This document shows positions 8,865 to 18,918 of a stretch of 44,025 nt of DNA, one piece after another (positions within the stretch are counted from its first letter, which is position 1; each line of letters begins with the position of its first letter). A program made the position numbers and the translations under genes. This stretch comes from a virus. Its lineage: Duplodnaviria; Heunggongvirae; Uroviricota; Caudoviricetes. The notes beneath the pieces were generated by a model. It did not search any database. It saw nothing but the letters and a program-made list of their open reading frames with translations, and was not told the origin of the DNA. The DNA is taken from the IMG/VR virus record IMGVR_UViG_2917408641_000004. The stretch is one strand, 5' to 3'.

Positions 8865-9551
8865 ATGAACCTCATAAACACATTTATGACTGTTGCTGAT
8901 TTCAAACGCCCCAAATTGGAGCTCCCAAACGGGGCAAAAAAACTATTACTGCACTCTTGCTGTGCTCCATGTTCCGGTGAAGTGATGGAGGCGCTTCAGG
9001 CCTCGGGAATCGACTACACCATCTTTTTCTACAACCCGAACATTCATCCTCAGAAAGAGTATTTAATTCGTAAGGATGAGAATATTCGCTTTGCTAAACA
9101 ACACGGCGTGCCATTTATTGATGCTGATTACGACACAGACAACTGGTTTGAGCGAGCCAAAGGAATGGAATGGGAGCCTGAACGAGGGATCCGTTGTACC
9201 ATGTGTTTTGACATGCGTTTTGAGCGGACTGCACTGTATGCCGCTGAAAATGGTTTCAGTGTGATCAGTAGCTCACTGGGCATTTCACGCTGGAAAAATA
9301 TGCAGCAGGTTAACGACTGTGGACGGCGAGCCGTCGCGCATTATCCGGGCATGGTGTACTGGGATTATAACTGGCGAAAACAGGGCGGCTCTTCCCGCAT
9401 GATTGAAATCAGCAAGCGCGAACAATTCTATCAGCAGGAATATTGTGGCTGCGTGTATTCACTGCGCGATACCAATCTACACCGCAAATCTCAGGGACGC
9501 CCTCTAATCAAAATTGGTCAACTGCACTACGGTAAAGAAGGACAGGAATGA
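8865..9551 (+). CDS. queH: Epoxyqueuosine reductase QueH family protein (DUF208)
   Basis: Cysteine motifs [19 protein letters not shown] and QEYCGCVYS characteristic of QueH; ATG at 8865 chosen because the upstream in-frame extension from 8772 is non-conserved. Confidence 0.75.
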   Translation: MNLINTFMTVADFKRPKLELPNGAKKLLLHSCCAPCSGEVMEALQASGIDYTIFFYNPNIHPQKEYLIRKDENIRFAKQHGVPFIDADYDTDNWFERAKGMEWEPERGIRCTMCFDMRFERTALYAAENGFSVISSSLGISRWKNMQQVNDCGRRAVAHYPGMVYWDYNWRKQGGSSRMIEISKREQFYQQEYCGCVYSLRDTNLHRKSQGRPLIKIGQLHYGKEGQE

Positions 9552-9631
9552 TTTTATATTATGCCAACGGAGCGTAGCAGTGTTTCTATATATAGTACGC
9601 CTACCTTAATTTTCAAATAATCATGATTAAT

Positions 9632-9672
9632 GAGCAGGTCATCAGTGCAAGCAATGACCTGCTCATCTTGTT
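9632..9672 (+). terminator. Rho-independent terminator after queH
   Basis: Perfect 11-bp inverted repeat GAGCAGGTCAT / ATGACCTGCTC (9632-9642 and 9654-9664) with 11-nt loop, followed by a T-containing tract. Confidence 0.55.
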
Positions 9673-10163
9673 GAAATTAGAGGAAATCTTGCAGCCATGA
9701 TATGGCTTAAAATAACGTTTGATTATTTTACCTGCTGTTTGTCCCTGGTTTAAAGTCGGTTGTCTGATTTGATTACGCGCAACTGACGCTTACGTATTGA
9801 AGTAACGAGCACGAAGACACATATTTATCAGTGCCTGTATACGTCAAGAGCAGGAGATTTATGTGCTGGTTCTCAAATGCACGCTGGCTATTGTGGCTGT
9901 AATGGCAATTTATTGTCTTGTTATTGTTCTTATGGATCACCTTTCTGATTGATTTCATATTGGCGAGGTAACGGTAGTTAAGTAGAATGGCTGCGGGTGC
10001 TTGAGGCTATCTGCCTCGGGCATGAACACCAACGGCAGATAGAGAAAAGCCCCAGTTAACATTACGCGTCCTGCAAGACGCTTAACATTAATCTGAGGCC
10101 AATTTCATGCTAGACACATGTAGGTTAGCCTCTTACGTGCCGAAAGGCAAGGAGAAGCAGGCT

Positions 10164-10319
10164 ATGAAGCAGCAAAAGGCGATGTTAATCGCCCTGATCG
10201 TCATCTGTTTAACCGTCATAGTGACGGCACTGGTAACGAGGAAAGACCTCTGCGAGGTACGAATCCGAACCGGCCAGACGGAGGTCGCTGTCTTCACAGC
10301 TTACGAACCTGAGGAGTAA
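10164..10319 (+). CDS. hokD: Hok/Gef family type I toxin (HokD/RelF-like)
   Basis: 51-aa product MKQQKAMLIALIVICLTVIVTALVTRKDLCEVRIRTGQTEVAVFTAYEPEE: single TM helix plus conserved Hok C-terminus; SD AAGGAG upstream; 3' hairpins and terminator downstream as in hok mRNAs. Confidence 0.85.
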   Translation: MKQQKAMLIALIVICLTVIVTALVTRKDLCEVRIRTGQTEVAVFTAYEPEE

Positions 10320-10388
10320 GAGACCCGGCGAGGGAGAAATCCCTCGCCACCTCTGATGTGGCAGGCATCCTCAACGCACCCGCACTTA

Positions 10389-10415
10389 ACCCGCTTCGGC
10401 GGGTTTTTGTTTTTA
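10389..10415 (+). terminator. Rho-independent terminator of hok transcript
   Basis: ACCCGC-TTCG-GCGGGT hairpin followed by TTTTTGTTTTT; a second hairpin CGAGGGA-GAAA-TCCCTCG lies at about 10329-10346. Confidence 0.7.
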
Positions 10416-10535
10416 TTTTCAACGCGTTTGAAGTTCTGGACGGTGCCGGAATAGAATCAAAAATACTTAAGTAGCGCGCAGGGATAAGAGGGATGGTCCC
10501 TTAAAGGGGAGAGCTAATTATCCGGAAGGATTCTG

Positions 10536-10772
10536 ATGATGAACATCGAAGAACTGCGTAAAATTTTTTGTGAAGATGGCCTCTATGCTGTGTGCGTTGA
10601 AAATGGAAATCTTGTTAGTCATTACCGCATTATGTGTTTGCGAAAGAATGGGGCTGCGTTAATTAATTTTGTGGATGGTCGAGTGACAGACGGATTTATC
10701 TTGCGCGAAGGTGAGTTTGTCACTTCATTACAGGCACTGAAAGAGATCGGAATAAAAGCAGGCTTTTCGTAA
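10536..10772 (+). CDS. Rem-like small protein, 3' end replaced by IS66-family insertion
   Basis: 78-aa ORF whose last codon and stop are supplied by the IS end; removing the IS and one TSD copy restores an 83-aa ORF ending ..GFSAFAEE, the size I recall for Qin Rem; family call by synteny. Confidence 0.5.
   Translation: MMNIEELRKIFCEDGLYAVCVENGNLVSHYRIMCLRKNGAALINFVDGRVTDGFILREGEFVTSLQALKEIGIKAGFS
10761..10768. repeat. 8-bp target-site duplication of IS66-family element (left copy; right copy 14906-14913)
   Basis: GGCTTTTC directly flanks both imperfect terminal inverted repeats. Confidence 0.8.
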
Positions 10773-11121
10773 CCGGCTCATTTAAACCGTCTGGTCTGTT
10801 TCCTCCGGCTCTACAAAAATAATGTCCATCATTTTTAATGGACACTATCGTATGAAACACCGGACCTGGATCACTGAAGCTTTACGTCTTCACTTTGAAG
10901 AACATTTACCCCGGGTTGTGGCCGGGCGTCGCCTGGGTGTACCAAAATCAACAGTTTGTAGTATGTTCGTGCGCTTTCGGAGAGCTGGCCTTTCGTGGCC
11001 TTTGCCCGCAGGCATGTCGGAGCAGGAACTTGATGCCTGCCTTTACGGACAATTTTCCACGGTACCAGTCGTACGTCCTGAAAGCACCGTTATATCCGAA
11101 GCCCCCGTGGTAAAAAAACGT

Positions 11122-11133
11122 CCCCGGCGGCCC
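11122..11133. repeat. 12-bp target-site duplication of IS4 (left copy; right copy 12560-12571)
   Basis: CCCCGGCGGCCC present immediately outside both IS4 ends. Confidence 0.85.
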
Positions 11134-12559
11134 TAATGCCAGTCAGTTAAGCAACTGACTGGCTCTTTTTCGGGGCTGTGGGGTATTTCCAGGGCCTCTC
11201 CTTTACCACTCTCGGGAAGGCCCTTTCCCTTCTTGTCGGTAATTTCACAAGTTGTCCCATACTTGCAAGATCGCGCATCAGCTCCGGTATACGTCCCGGT
11301 GAAGCGCCCTGCAATGTCATCAGCATTCTCATCACCATTCCGCATGATTCTGAGAAACTCAGTTGATTCGGCCAGTAACCTTTCAGATGTTCTGCCATTT
11401 TAATCATCTGATATCTCACCAGATTATAAGCCAGTAAGACACCCCACAGCTCTTGCTCCACAAGCTCCGGCTTTTTACTTCTCAGCGTCAGCCTGCTCAG
11501 TTGCATCGTCTGTTTTATCTCCCTGTATCCCAGTTCGATTTCCCAGCGATGACTGTACAGATCCGCCATTTCTCCTCCGGGGAAGCGCATGGCGTCCGTC
11601 ATCGACGTCAGCAGATGGCAGACTTTTCCTTTGCGCGTCACGGTCAGCAGGCGGGCTGTCACCTCATTTCCCAGCCCCGGCCACTTTTTTCGTGCCTGCG
11701 GGCTGGTTTTCAGCTTCACCAGATGATCGCCTTTACCCAGTTTTCTGATCTCTTCATATTGCGCTCCCTTTCTGAGAGGGATCATCCAGTGGCGGTGTTC
11801 TCCCGCCTGGCTCCAGGCATTTAACAGTCCCAGTGAGTAATAACCTTTATCCATTAACGTCAGGGTGTTATCGCCGGTTTGTTCTATAAGTTGCTCAGCA
11901 AGCTCATTTTCGCTGTTCTTCATCGTGCCGAAGGCTGCAGCCGTCAGCAGATGGCTGGTCAGTTCCATCTGGCAGACCATTTTGACCTGCGGGTAGAGCG
12001 CCGGGTTCCCGGCATGTGTCTGGCGGGGGAAGGCTGCATCGTTCTCTGGTGTATCCGGTGTGCGCCAGAACACACCATCGATGGCCAGCAGGGTCAGGCC
12101 GCACCAGTGCGGATGCGGCGTGGCGTTATGCCAGAGCTGCGCTGTTTTCGTGAACACGCGGCGGACAGCCTCACTTCCCAGACGCTGGCGGGCCTGAATA
12201 ACGGCACTGGGGGCAACGAAGGGGCGATTGCCCGGCAGCATGATGTCCAGGCGATTCACAATCTGGTGAAGAGGTTCTTTACGCTCAAGCGCCATGCCAA
12301 CAATACACCAGACCATCATTTCGAGGGGAAGACGGCGCTTGCGTAGCGTTACAGTACCTGATTCGGCAAGGCAACGAGAGATGAGTTCGGGGTCGAGGTA
12401 ATCCCCCAGAGAAGTCAGTGGGTTACGCAGAGAATCGTAACGGGATACCAAATCAAGGGCCTGTCCAATGAGCATAAAAAAATCCGGAAACGAGTGAGCG
12501 TTTCCGGATTCTTACACAGCCACTGGATCGGTCAACTGATCCTTAACTGATCGGCATTA
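11134..12559 (-). mobile_element. IS4, complete copy
   Basis: 1426 bp, matching the known IS4 length; terminal inverted repeats TAATGCC(A/G)..TCAGTTAAG; single 442-aa transposase; 12-bp TSD within the expected 11-13 bp range. Confidence 0.9.
11147..12475 (-). CDS. insG: IS4 transposase
   Basis: 442-aa ORF filling the IS4 element; IS4-family DDE transposase. Confidence 0.9.
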   Translation of the reverse strand: MLIGQALDLVSRYDSLRNPLTSLGDYLDPELISRCLAESGTVTLRKRRLPLEMMVWCIVGMALERKEPLHQIVNRLDIMLPGNRPFVAPSAVIQARQRLGSEAVRRVFTKTAQLWHNATPHPHWCGLTLLAIDGVFWRTPDTPENDAAFPRQTHAGNPALYPQVKMVCQMELTSHLLTAAAFGTMKNSENELAEQLIEQTGDNTLTLMDKGYYSLGLLNAWSQAGEHRHWMIPLRKGAQYEEIRKLGKGDHLVKLKTSPQARKKWPGLGNEVTARLLTVTRKGKVCHLLTSMTDAMRFPGGEMADLYSHRWEIELGYREIKQTMQLSRLTLRSKKPELVEQELWGVLLAYNLVRYQMIKMAEHLKGYWPNQLSFSESCGMVMRMLMTLQGASPGRIPELMRDLASMGQLVKLPTRRERAFPRVVKERPWKYPTAPKKSQSVA

Positions 12560-12571
12560 CCCCGGCGGCCC
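12560..12571. repeat. 12-bp target-site duplication of IS4 (right copy)
   Basis: CCCCGGCGGCCC, identical to 11122-11133. Confidence 0.85.
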
Positions 12572-12936
12572 AACTTCCCTTATGAGTTTAAAATCGCCTT
12601 AGTGGAGCAGTCACTGCAGCCCGGAGCCTGTGTGGCGCAGATCGCCCGGGAAAACGGAATCAACGATAACCTGCTCTTCAACTGGCGCCATCAATACCGG
12701 AAAGGTGGCCTGCTGCCTTCCGGAAAAAATATGCCGGCACTGCTTCCCGTGACGTTAACGCCGGAGCCGGATAATAAAATCCCGGCCCCCGCACAGGAAC
12801 CAGAGCAGATAAATACACCGTCCGACAGTCTGTGTTGTGAGCTGGTTCTGCCGGCCGGAACTCTCAGGCTTAAAGGTAAACTGACGCCGGCGTTATTACA
12901 GACACTTATCCGCGAAATAAAAGGGAGCAGCCACTG

Positions 12937-13284
12937 ATGATATCTCTCCCTGCCGGTTCGCGTATCTGGCTGGTTGCAGGTATCACCGATATGCGAAATG
13001 GCTTTAACGGCCTGGCATCAAAAGTTCAGAACGTCCTGAAGGATGACCCGTTCTCCGGACACCTGTTCATCTTCCGCGGACGCCGGGGTGACCAGATAAA
13101 AGTGTTGTGGGCTGACAGTGACGGACTGTGCCTCTTCACCAAACGCCTGGAGCGGGGCCGCTTCGTCTGGCCAGTCACCCGTGACGGCAAGGTGCACCTT
13201 ACTCCGGCTCAGTTATCCATGCTTCCTGAAGGTATCAACTGGAAGCACCCGAAACGAACGGAACGCGCTGGAATCCGCATATAA
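12937..13284 (+). CDS. tnpB: IS66-family TnpB (Orf2)
   Basis: 115 aa; start overlaps tnpA stop (ATGA); typical IS66 Orf2 sequence (..IWLVAGITDMRNGFNGLA..). Confidence 0.85.
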   Translation: MISLPAGSRIWLVAGITDMRNGFNGLASKVQNVLKDDPFSGHLFIFRGRRGDQIKVLWADSDGLCLFTKRLERGRFVWPVTRDGKVHLTPAQLSMLPEGINWKHPKRTERAGIRI

Positions 13285-13303
13285 CCCGTTGTAAAGTGAG
13301 GAT

Positions 13304-14875
13304 ATGGACACCTCACTTGCTCATGAGAACGCCCGCCTGCGGGCACTGTTGCAGACGCAACAGGACACCATCCGCCAGATGGCTGAATACAACCGCCTGC
13401 TCTCACAGCGGGTGGCGGCTTATGCTTCCGAAATCAACCGGCTGAAGGCGCTGGTTGCGAAACTGCAACGTATGCAGTTCGGTAAAAGCTCAGAAAAACT
13501 TCGTGCAAAAACCGAACGGCAGATACAGGAAGCTCAGGAGCGAATCAGCGCACTTCAGGAAGAAATGGCGGAAACGCTGGGTGAGCAATATGACCCGGTA
13601 CTGCCATCCGCCCTGCGCCAGTCTTCAGCCCGTAAACCGTTACCGGCCTCACTTCCCCGTGAAACCCGGGTTATCCGGCCGGAAGAGGAATGCTGTCCTG
13701 CCTGTGGTGGTGAACTCAGTTCTCTGGGATGTGATGTGTCAGAGCAACTGGAGCTTATCAGCAGCGCCTTTAAGGTTATCGAAACACAACGTCCGAAACT
13801 GGCCTGTTGCCGGTGCGACCATATCGTGCAGGCACCAGTACCTTCAAAACCCATTGCACGCAGTTATGCCGGAGCGGGGCTTCTGGCCCATGTTGTCACC
13901 GGGAAATATGCAGACCATCTGCCGTTATACCGCCAGTCAGAAATATACCGTCGTCAGGGAGTGGAGCTGAGCCGTGCCACACTGGGGCGCTGGACCGGTG
14001 CCGTTGCTGAACTGCTGGAGCCGCTGTATGACGTCCTGCGCCAGTATGTGCTGATGCCCGGTAAAGTCCATGCCGATGATATCCCCGTCCCGGTCCAGGA
14101 GCCGGGCAGCGGTAAAACCCGGACAGCCCGGCTGTGGGTCTACGTCCGTGATGACCGCAACGCCGGTTCACAGATGCCCCCGGCGGTCTGGTTCGCGTAC
14201 AGTCCGGACCGGAAAGGTATCCATCCACAAAATCACCTGGCCGGTTACAGCGGTGTGCTTCAGGCCGATGCTTACGGTGGTTACCGGGCGTTATACGAAT
14301 CCGGCAGAATAACGGAAGCCGCGTGTATGGCTCATGCCCGGAGAAAAATCCACGATGTGCATGCAAGAGCGCCCACCGACATCACCACGGAAGCCCTGCA
14401 GCGTATCGGTGAACTGTATGCTATCGAGGCAGAGGTCCGGGGCTGTTCAGCAGAACAGCGTCTGGCGGCAAGAAAAGCCAGAGCCGCGCCACTGATGCAG
14501 TCACTGTATGACTGGATACAGCAACAGATGAAAACACTGTCGCGTCACTCAGATACGGCAAAAGCGTTCGCATACCTGCTGAAACAGTGGGATGCACTGA
14601 ACGTGTACTGCAGTAATGGCTGGGTGGAAATCGACAACAACATCGCAGAGAACGCCTTACGGGGAGTGGCCGTAGGCCGGAAAAACTGGATGTTCGCGGG
14701 TTCCGACAGCGGTGGTGAACATGCGGCGGTGTTGTACTCGCTGATCGGCACATGCCGTCTGAACAATGTGGAGCCAGAAAAGTGGCTGCGTTACGTCATT
14801 GAACATATCCAGGACTGGCCGGCAAACCGGGTACGCGATCTGTTGCCCTGGAAAGTTGATCTGAGCTCTCAGTAA
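13304..14875 (+). CDS. tnpC: IS66-family transposase TnpC
   Basis: 523 aa; N-terminal coiled-coil/leucine zipper, CxxC..CxxC zinc motif (CPACGG..CCRCDH) and DDE-type C-terminal region characteristic of IS66 transposases. Confidence 0.85.
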   Translation: MDTSLAHENARLRALLQTQQDTIRQMAEYNRLLSQRVAAYASEINRLKALVAKLQRMQFGKSSEKLRAKTERQIQEAQERISALQEEMAETLGEQYDPVLPSALRQSSARKPLPASLPRETRVIRPEEECCPACGGELSSLGCDVSEQLELISSAFKVIETQRPKLACCRCDHIVQAPVPSKPIARSYAGAGLLAHVVTGKYADHLPLYRQSEIYRRQGVELSRATLGRWTGAVAELLEPLYDVLRQYVLMPGKVHADDIPVPVQEPGSGKTRTARLWVYVRDDRNAGSQMPPAVWFAYSPDRKGIHPQNHLAGYSGVLQADAYGGYRALYESGRITEAACMAHARRKIHDVHARAPTDITTEALQRIGELYAIEAEVRGCSAEQRLAARKARAAPLMQSLYDWIQQQMKTLSRHSDTAKAFAYLLKQWDALNVYCSNGWVEIDNNIAENALRGVAVGRKNWMFAGSDSGGEHAAVLYSLIGTCRLNNVEPEKWLRYVIEHIQDWPANRVRDLLPWKVDLSSQ

Positions 14876-14905
14876 ATATCAATACGGTTCTGACGAGCCG
14901 CTTAC

Positions 14906-14913
14906 GGCTTTTC
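14906..14913. repeat. 8-bp target-site duplication of IS66-family element (right copy)
   Basis: GGCTTTTC, identical to 10761-10768. Confidence 0.8.
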
Positions 14914-14998
14914 AGCTTTTGCAGAAGAATAAACTCATCTACAATCTTGCGCGGGGCTGAACTCCCGCTGAGTAACACCGTGCCACCGGAGAAAACCG

Positions 14999-15277
14999 AT
15001 GGCACGCAACGTAAAATATTACAATTCTGATAATTCGCCCGTTCTTGCCTGCACGCACGAGCGGTATTCTCACGCATTCAAGTCTGAATGGTTCCAGCAC
15101 CCTCCATGCACTGAAGAGCAGGCTGAATGGATAATTCAGTGTTACCGCAGGCGCGGATACGAGGTTAAGAAAGCCCTTAGTCTCGACTACCGTCACTGGA
15201 TAATCTCAGTCAGATTGCCTTACTCCGAACGCCCACCGCGTCCGTCCCGTACATTCCAGCAACGCATCTGGAGGTAA
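14999..15277 (+). CDS. Hypothetical phage protein
   Basis: 92 aa; SD GGAG upstream; directly precedes the DUF968-like gene. Confidence 0.45.
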   Translation: MARNVKYYNSDNSPVLACTHERYSHAFKSEWFQHPPCTEEQAEWIIQCYRRRGYEVKKALSLDYRHWIISVRLPYSERPPRPSRTFQQRIWR

Positions 15278-15278
15278 C

Positions 15279-16328
15279 GTGCGGGTATTACTTCGACCTG
15301 TTCTGGTACCGGAACTCGGGCTGGTGGTCGTTAAGCCGGGCCGTGAATCCATGCCGGTATTCCACAATACCCGGGTACTGGTGGAGCCGGAACCGAAAAG
15401 CATGCGTAATCTGCCGTCCGGGGTCGTTCCTGCCGTTCGCCAGCCGCTGGTGGAAGACAAAACATTGCTGCCGTTTTTCAGTAACGCACGGGTAATTCGT
15501 GCTGCTGGTGGTGCTGGTGCATTGTCTGACTGGCTGTTGCGCCATATTAAATCCTGCCAGTGGCCACACGGCGATTATCATCACAGCGAAACCGTTATTC
15601 ACCGTTATGGTACCGGCGCAATGGTGTTGTGCTGGCACTGCGACAACCAGCTGCGTGACCAGACATCCGAATCACTCGAGCAACTTGCTCATCAAAACCT
15701 GTCAGCATGGATGATTGACGTCATCGGTCACGCAATAAGCGGTACGCAGGAGCGTGAATTATCTCTGGCTGAATTATCCTGGTGGGCGGTCCGCAATCAG
15801 GTGGCGGACGCGCTACCGGAAGCGGTATTACGTCGCTCGCTGGGATTACCAGCGGAAAAAAACTGCTCGGTGTACCGCGAAAGCGACATCGTACCGGGAG
15901 AGCAGACCGCCACCAGCATATTGAAACAGCGCACAAAAAATCTTGCACCGTTGCCTCACGCCCACCAGCAACAAAACCCATCACAGGAAAAGACGGTGGT
16001 AAGCATCACCGTTGATCCAGAGTCTCCGGAATCTTTCATGAAGCTGCCTAAACGTCACCGTTGGGTTAAGGAGAAATACACACGCTGGGTTAAGACACAG
16101 CCGTGTGCTTGCTGCGGTATGCCAGCCGACGATCCGCATCATCTGATTGGTCACGGGCAGGGCGGAATGGGAACCAAAGCACATGATCTCTTTGTGTTGC
16201 CTTTGTGCAGAAAGCATCACGACGAGCTGCATGCGAATACCGTGGCATTTGAAGAGAAGTATGGCTCCCAGCTGGAGCTGATATTTCGTTTTATCGATCG
16301 TGCGCTGGCAATAGGCGTACTGGCGTAA
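15279..16328 (+). CDS. YdfU-like protein (DUF968) with HNH-like His/Cys motif
   Basis: 349 aa; C-terminal CACCGMPADDPHHLIGHG..H..LCRKHHDELH motif; located immediately upstream of Q as in Qin-type prophages. Confidence 0.55.
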   Translation: MRVLLRPVLVPELGLVVVKPGRESMPVFHNTRVLVEPEPKSMRNLPSGVVPAVRQPLVEDKTLLPFFSNARVIRAAGGAGALSDWLLRHIKSCQWPHGDYHHSETVIHRYGTGAMVLCWHCDNQLRDQTSESLEQLAHQNLSAWMIDVIGHAISGTQERELSLAELSWWAVRNQVADALPEAVLRRSLGLPAEKNCSVYRESDIVPGEQTATSILKQRTKNLAPLPHAHQQQNPSQEKTVVSITVDPESPESFMKLPKRHRWVKEKYTRWVKTQPCACCGMPADDPHHLIGHGQGGMGTKAHDLFVLPLCRKHHDELHANTVAFEEKYGSQLELIFRFIDRALAIGVLA

Positions 16329-16341
16329 GTGGAGAACGAGC

Positions 16342-17094
16342 ATGAACCTTGAAGCTTTACCAAAATATTACTCCCCAAAATCTCCAAAATTGAGTGATGA
16401 CGCACCGGCGACAGGCTCGGGTGGTTTAACAATAACAGATGTGATGGCTGCGCAGGGGATGGTGCAGTCGAAAGCTCCGCTTGGTTTTGCCTTATTCCTG
16501 GCAAAAGTTGGTGTTCAGGATCCTCAGTTTGCGATTGAAGGTCTGCTCAATTACGCGATGGCAATGGATAATCCGACATTGAACAAATTGAGTGAAGAAA
16601 TCCGGTTACAGATCATCCCTTACCTTGTGAATTTTGCCTTTGCTGATTATTCCAGGTCTGCGGCAAGTAAGGCTCGCTGTGAGTATTGTGCTGGTACTGG
16701 ATTTCATAATGTATTGCGCGAAGTGGTGAAACACTCCAGAAGTGGGGAATCTGTTATCAAGGAAGAGTGGGTGAAGGAACTATGTCAGCATTGCCATGGT
16801 AAGGGAGAAGTCAGCACAGCGTGCAGAGGGTGTAAGGGGAAAGGTATTGTCCTGGATGAAAAAAGAACCCAGCTTCATAGCACGCCTGTTTATAAGGTTT
16901 GTGGGCGTTGCAATGGAAACCGGTTTAGTCGTTTACCAACGACACTGGCGCGGTGTCATGTCCAGAAGCTGGTACCAGACCTGACGGATTATCAGTGGTA
17001 CAAAGGATATGCAGATGTCATTGATAAACTGGTTACAAAGTGCTGGCAGGAAGAAGCATATGCTGAGGTGCAATTAAGAAAAGTGACGAGATAA
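16342..17094 (+). CDS. Late-gene antiterminator Q
   Basis: 250 aa; multiple CxxC zinc motifs (CEYCAGTG, CQHCHGKG, CRGCKGKG, CGRCNG); located upstream of the lysis genes. Confidence 0.7.
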   Translation: MNLEALPKYYSPKSPKLSDDAPATGSGGLTITDVMAAQGMVQSKAPLGFALFLAKVGVQDPQFAIEGLLNYAMAMDNPTLNKLSEEIRLQIIPYLVNFAFADYSRSAASKARCEYCAGTGFHNVLREVVKHSRSGESVIKEEWVKELCQHCHGKGEVSTACRGCKGKGIVLDEKRTQLHSTPVYKVCGRCNGNRFSRLPTTLARCHVQKLVPDLTDYQWYKGYADVIDKLVTKCWQEEAYAEVQLRKVTR

Positions 17095-17247
17095 ATGATT
17101 TTCACCGAACGATGGCGACATAACGATTGTATTTTCTAAGGAAACGTGCAAAGAGTTTTCCAATGATGAGCCTTATATGCATACCGGTGGAAAATATCAA
17201 TAAGCCGCGCAGAGTGGTTTTTTTGTGGACATAAACTTTGTGCAGAA

Positions 17248-17285
17248 CGGTAACCATTATGGTTGCCGTGAATGCAGTTTTTTTA
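17248..17285 (+). terminator. Possible terminator downstream of Q (tR'-like)
   Basis: Hairpin CGGTAACCAT-T-ATGGTTGCCG followed by a T8 tract about 9 nt downstream. Confidence 0.3.
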
Positions 17286-18169
17286 CATTGCTGGCTTTTT
17301 TAGATTTGTGTTAGTTATTGATATTAACAAGAAGGGGAAAAGACATGCTAAAACGGCAGGATATGAAGGAAACGGTTATGCGTGAATGTTCCAGTGTGAT
17401 TAACCATATCATCTGGAGAAGCCATCCTGATGCAGGGAAGAGGTAACAGTAACGCGCATCAATCAGGCTGCAAATAAATGGCTTACGCCGGAAATCTGGC
17501 TATCGATGTATTACCGGTTTGTTACCCATGAAGAAAATTAAGGTGATAACGAAACTGATTTTATTGGTGTCTTGTCAGAGTGTTGCGATGAAACTTGTGT
17601 TGGCAGTGCAGGGAAAACAGTAGGATGAAAATTATAAATTGCTTTAAATGAGCTTGATTTTCCTCATGTTATGAGATATTTGTCTTATATTGCTGGTTAA
17701 TTATGAAAATTTTTGTAAATCTACAGCAATAAAATCCATATTAATTAAAGCACTAGATGCGTTTCTGATTTGTGCATGAAACATACATATCATAATGATT
17801 AATTGCATCTATAATTACAGATACAGCATTGTGCTGTTAAAAAACTGGAGTCCCCATGAATACATTATATGTAAGTGATTCAAATGAAAAATCTCATGAC
17901 AGGAATAAAAACAATGAGGATAGTAAGGGTAAGGATAATAAAAAAGACAACCGGAAAGAGTAAATAATCTTTCCTGCATAAAAATACTAGGGTGGAATAT
18001 GTCAGAACATCCAGATTTTGATGACCGTAAGCCTGATGATGAGCCCGTTGAGCGTCCTGATGAGGGGCAACCATTGAACCCTTTTTCACCGGATGATAAA
18101 AGAGATCCTATTATTTAGATATAGCAGAATATAGCCGTTTAAAGTAGGTTGTGTTTTGTTGCTATCCTT

Positions 18170-18197
18170 AAACCACCTCCACAGGAGGTGGTTTTTT
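18170..18197 (+). terminator. Strong rho-independent terminator
   Basis: AAACCACCTCC-ACAG-GGAGGTGGTTT stem-loop followed by TTTTTT. Confidence 0.7.
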
Positions 18198-18254
18198 ACT
18201 AATGGAACATTAATTGGCAGATGTGATTGTGTACGACTTATGGGAGGCTTAAGA

Positions 18255-18440
18255 TTATTTTCTGCCAATAATAAAACCAAGCGTTAACCCTATGCTTAGA
18301 GCAACCACCACGCTAGTCAGTGGATAATTTCTAAATTTATCTTTAACGTTTTCTTTGTCTCCCTGCAAAGCATCGTCAGCACATGATGCATATTTTTTGA
18401 CAGTATTAACTATTTCGTTTTCAGATTGATTTGAAGTCAT
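18255..18440 (-). CDS. Small membrane-anchored protein, ElaB/YqjD-like (DUF883-like)
   Basis: 61 aa from ATG 18440; hydrophilic N-terminus and C-terminal TM segment ..PLTSVVVALSIGLTLGFIIGRK, the architecture of DUF883 stress proteins. Confidence 0.45.
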   Translation of the reverse strand: MTSNQSENEIVNTVKKYASCADDALQGDKENVKDKFRNYPLTSVVVALSIGLTLGFIIGRK

Positions 18441-18893
18441 GTTTGAAGTCCTGATGTTAAGTGGCTTTTTAATTATAGCAGATATGCTTTCAATGATAGG
18501 GCGGAGAGTTGTTATTGAGGTGATACTATGACCACTCAATCAACATTACATAAAATGACGTTTACTCCTGTTTGGCACAGTAGCAGAATTTTGCTTCTGC
18601 TACTGAAGTCGCTTTAGCACTAGAATATGCAGATGGATAAAGCAGTTCAGCGTATGTACTGCGTCATGCATATCGGTCTTGCAGATATGACGAGAAGGGG
18701 AGACAAGGTGTGTGTAATGTAGAAGTCTTTAAAGTGCTGTCTGGGATAACTCTATGCTGAAGTGCAATTGATAAAAGTAACACGATAAAGGTTTTTCAAT
18801 GAAGATGGTAACCTGATGCTTGCATTTTTCAAAAAATATGGATAAAATTTTTTCAACGATGGGCTTTGTATACCCGACGTTAAGAAAAAGTAG

Positions 18894-18918
18894 AAAACCC
18901 GCTGATGAGCGGGTTTTG
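18894..18918 (-). terminator. Hairpin terminator, probably ending the cspF-like transcript
   Basis: ACCCGC-TGATGA-GCGGGT stem-loop flanked by A-run and T-run (potentially bidirectional). Confidence 0.45.

Larger units (their letters stand above)
10822..12937 (+). pseudogene. IS66-family tnpA (accessory protein) split by IS4 insertion
   Basis: ORF 10822-11136 terminates at a TAA supplied by the IS4 end; after deleting IS4 and one TSD copy the frame continues in phase into ORF 12602-12937 (..KKRPRRP-NFPYEFKIALVEQSLQPGACVAQIAR..), giving the HTH-type IS66 TnpA. Confidence 0.75.
10769..14905 (+). mobile_element. IS66-family insertion sequence (about 2.7 kb) carrying a nested IS4
   Basis: Imperfect terminal inverted repeats GTAACCGGCTC.. 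(10769) and ..GAGCCGCTTAC (14905); tnpA-tnpB-tnpC gene order; 8-bp TSD GGCTTTTC; 4137 bp minus 1438 bp of IS4 plus TSD gives about 2699 bp. Confidence 0.8.

Noticed and set aside
10107-10163. In-frame N-terminal extension of hok (mok-like?)
   Set aside because: The conserved Hok sequence starts at ATG 10164 with its own SD; the extension is not part of known Hok proteins. It may relate to mok-type translational coupling but cannot be confirmed from sequence alone.
13896-14366. 156-aa minus-strand ORF inside IS66 tnpC
   Set aside because: Antisense to the transposase gene; Arg/Gly/Pro-rich, no RBS.
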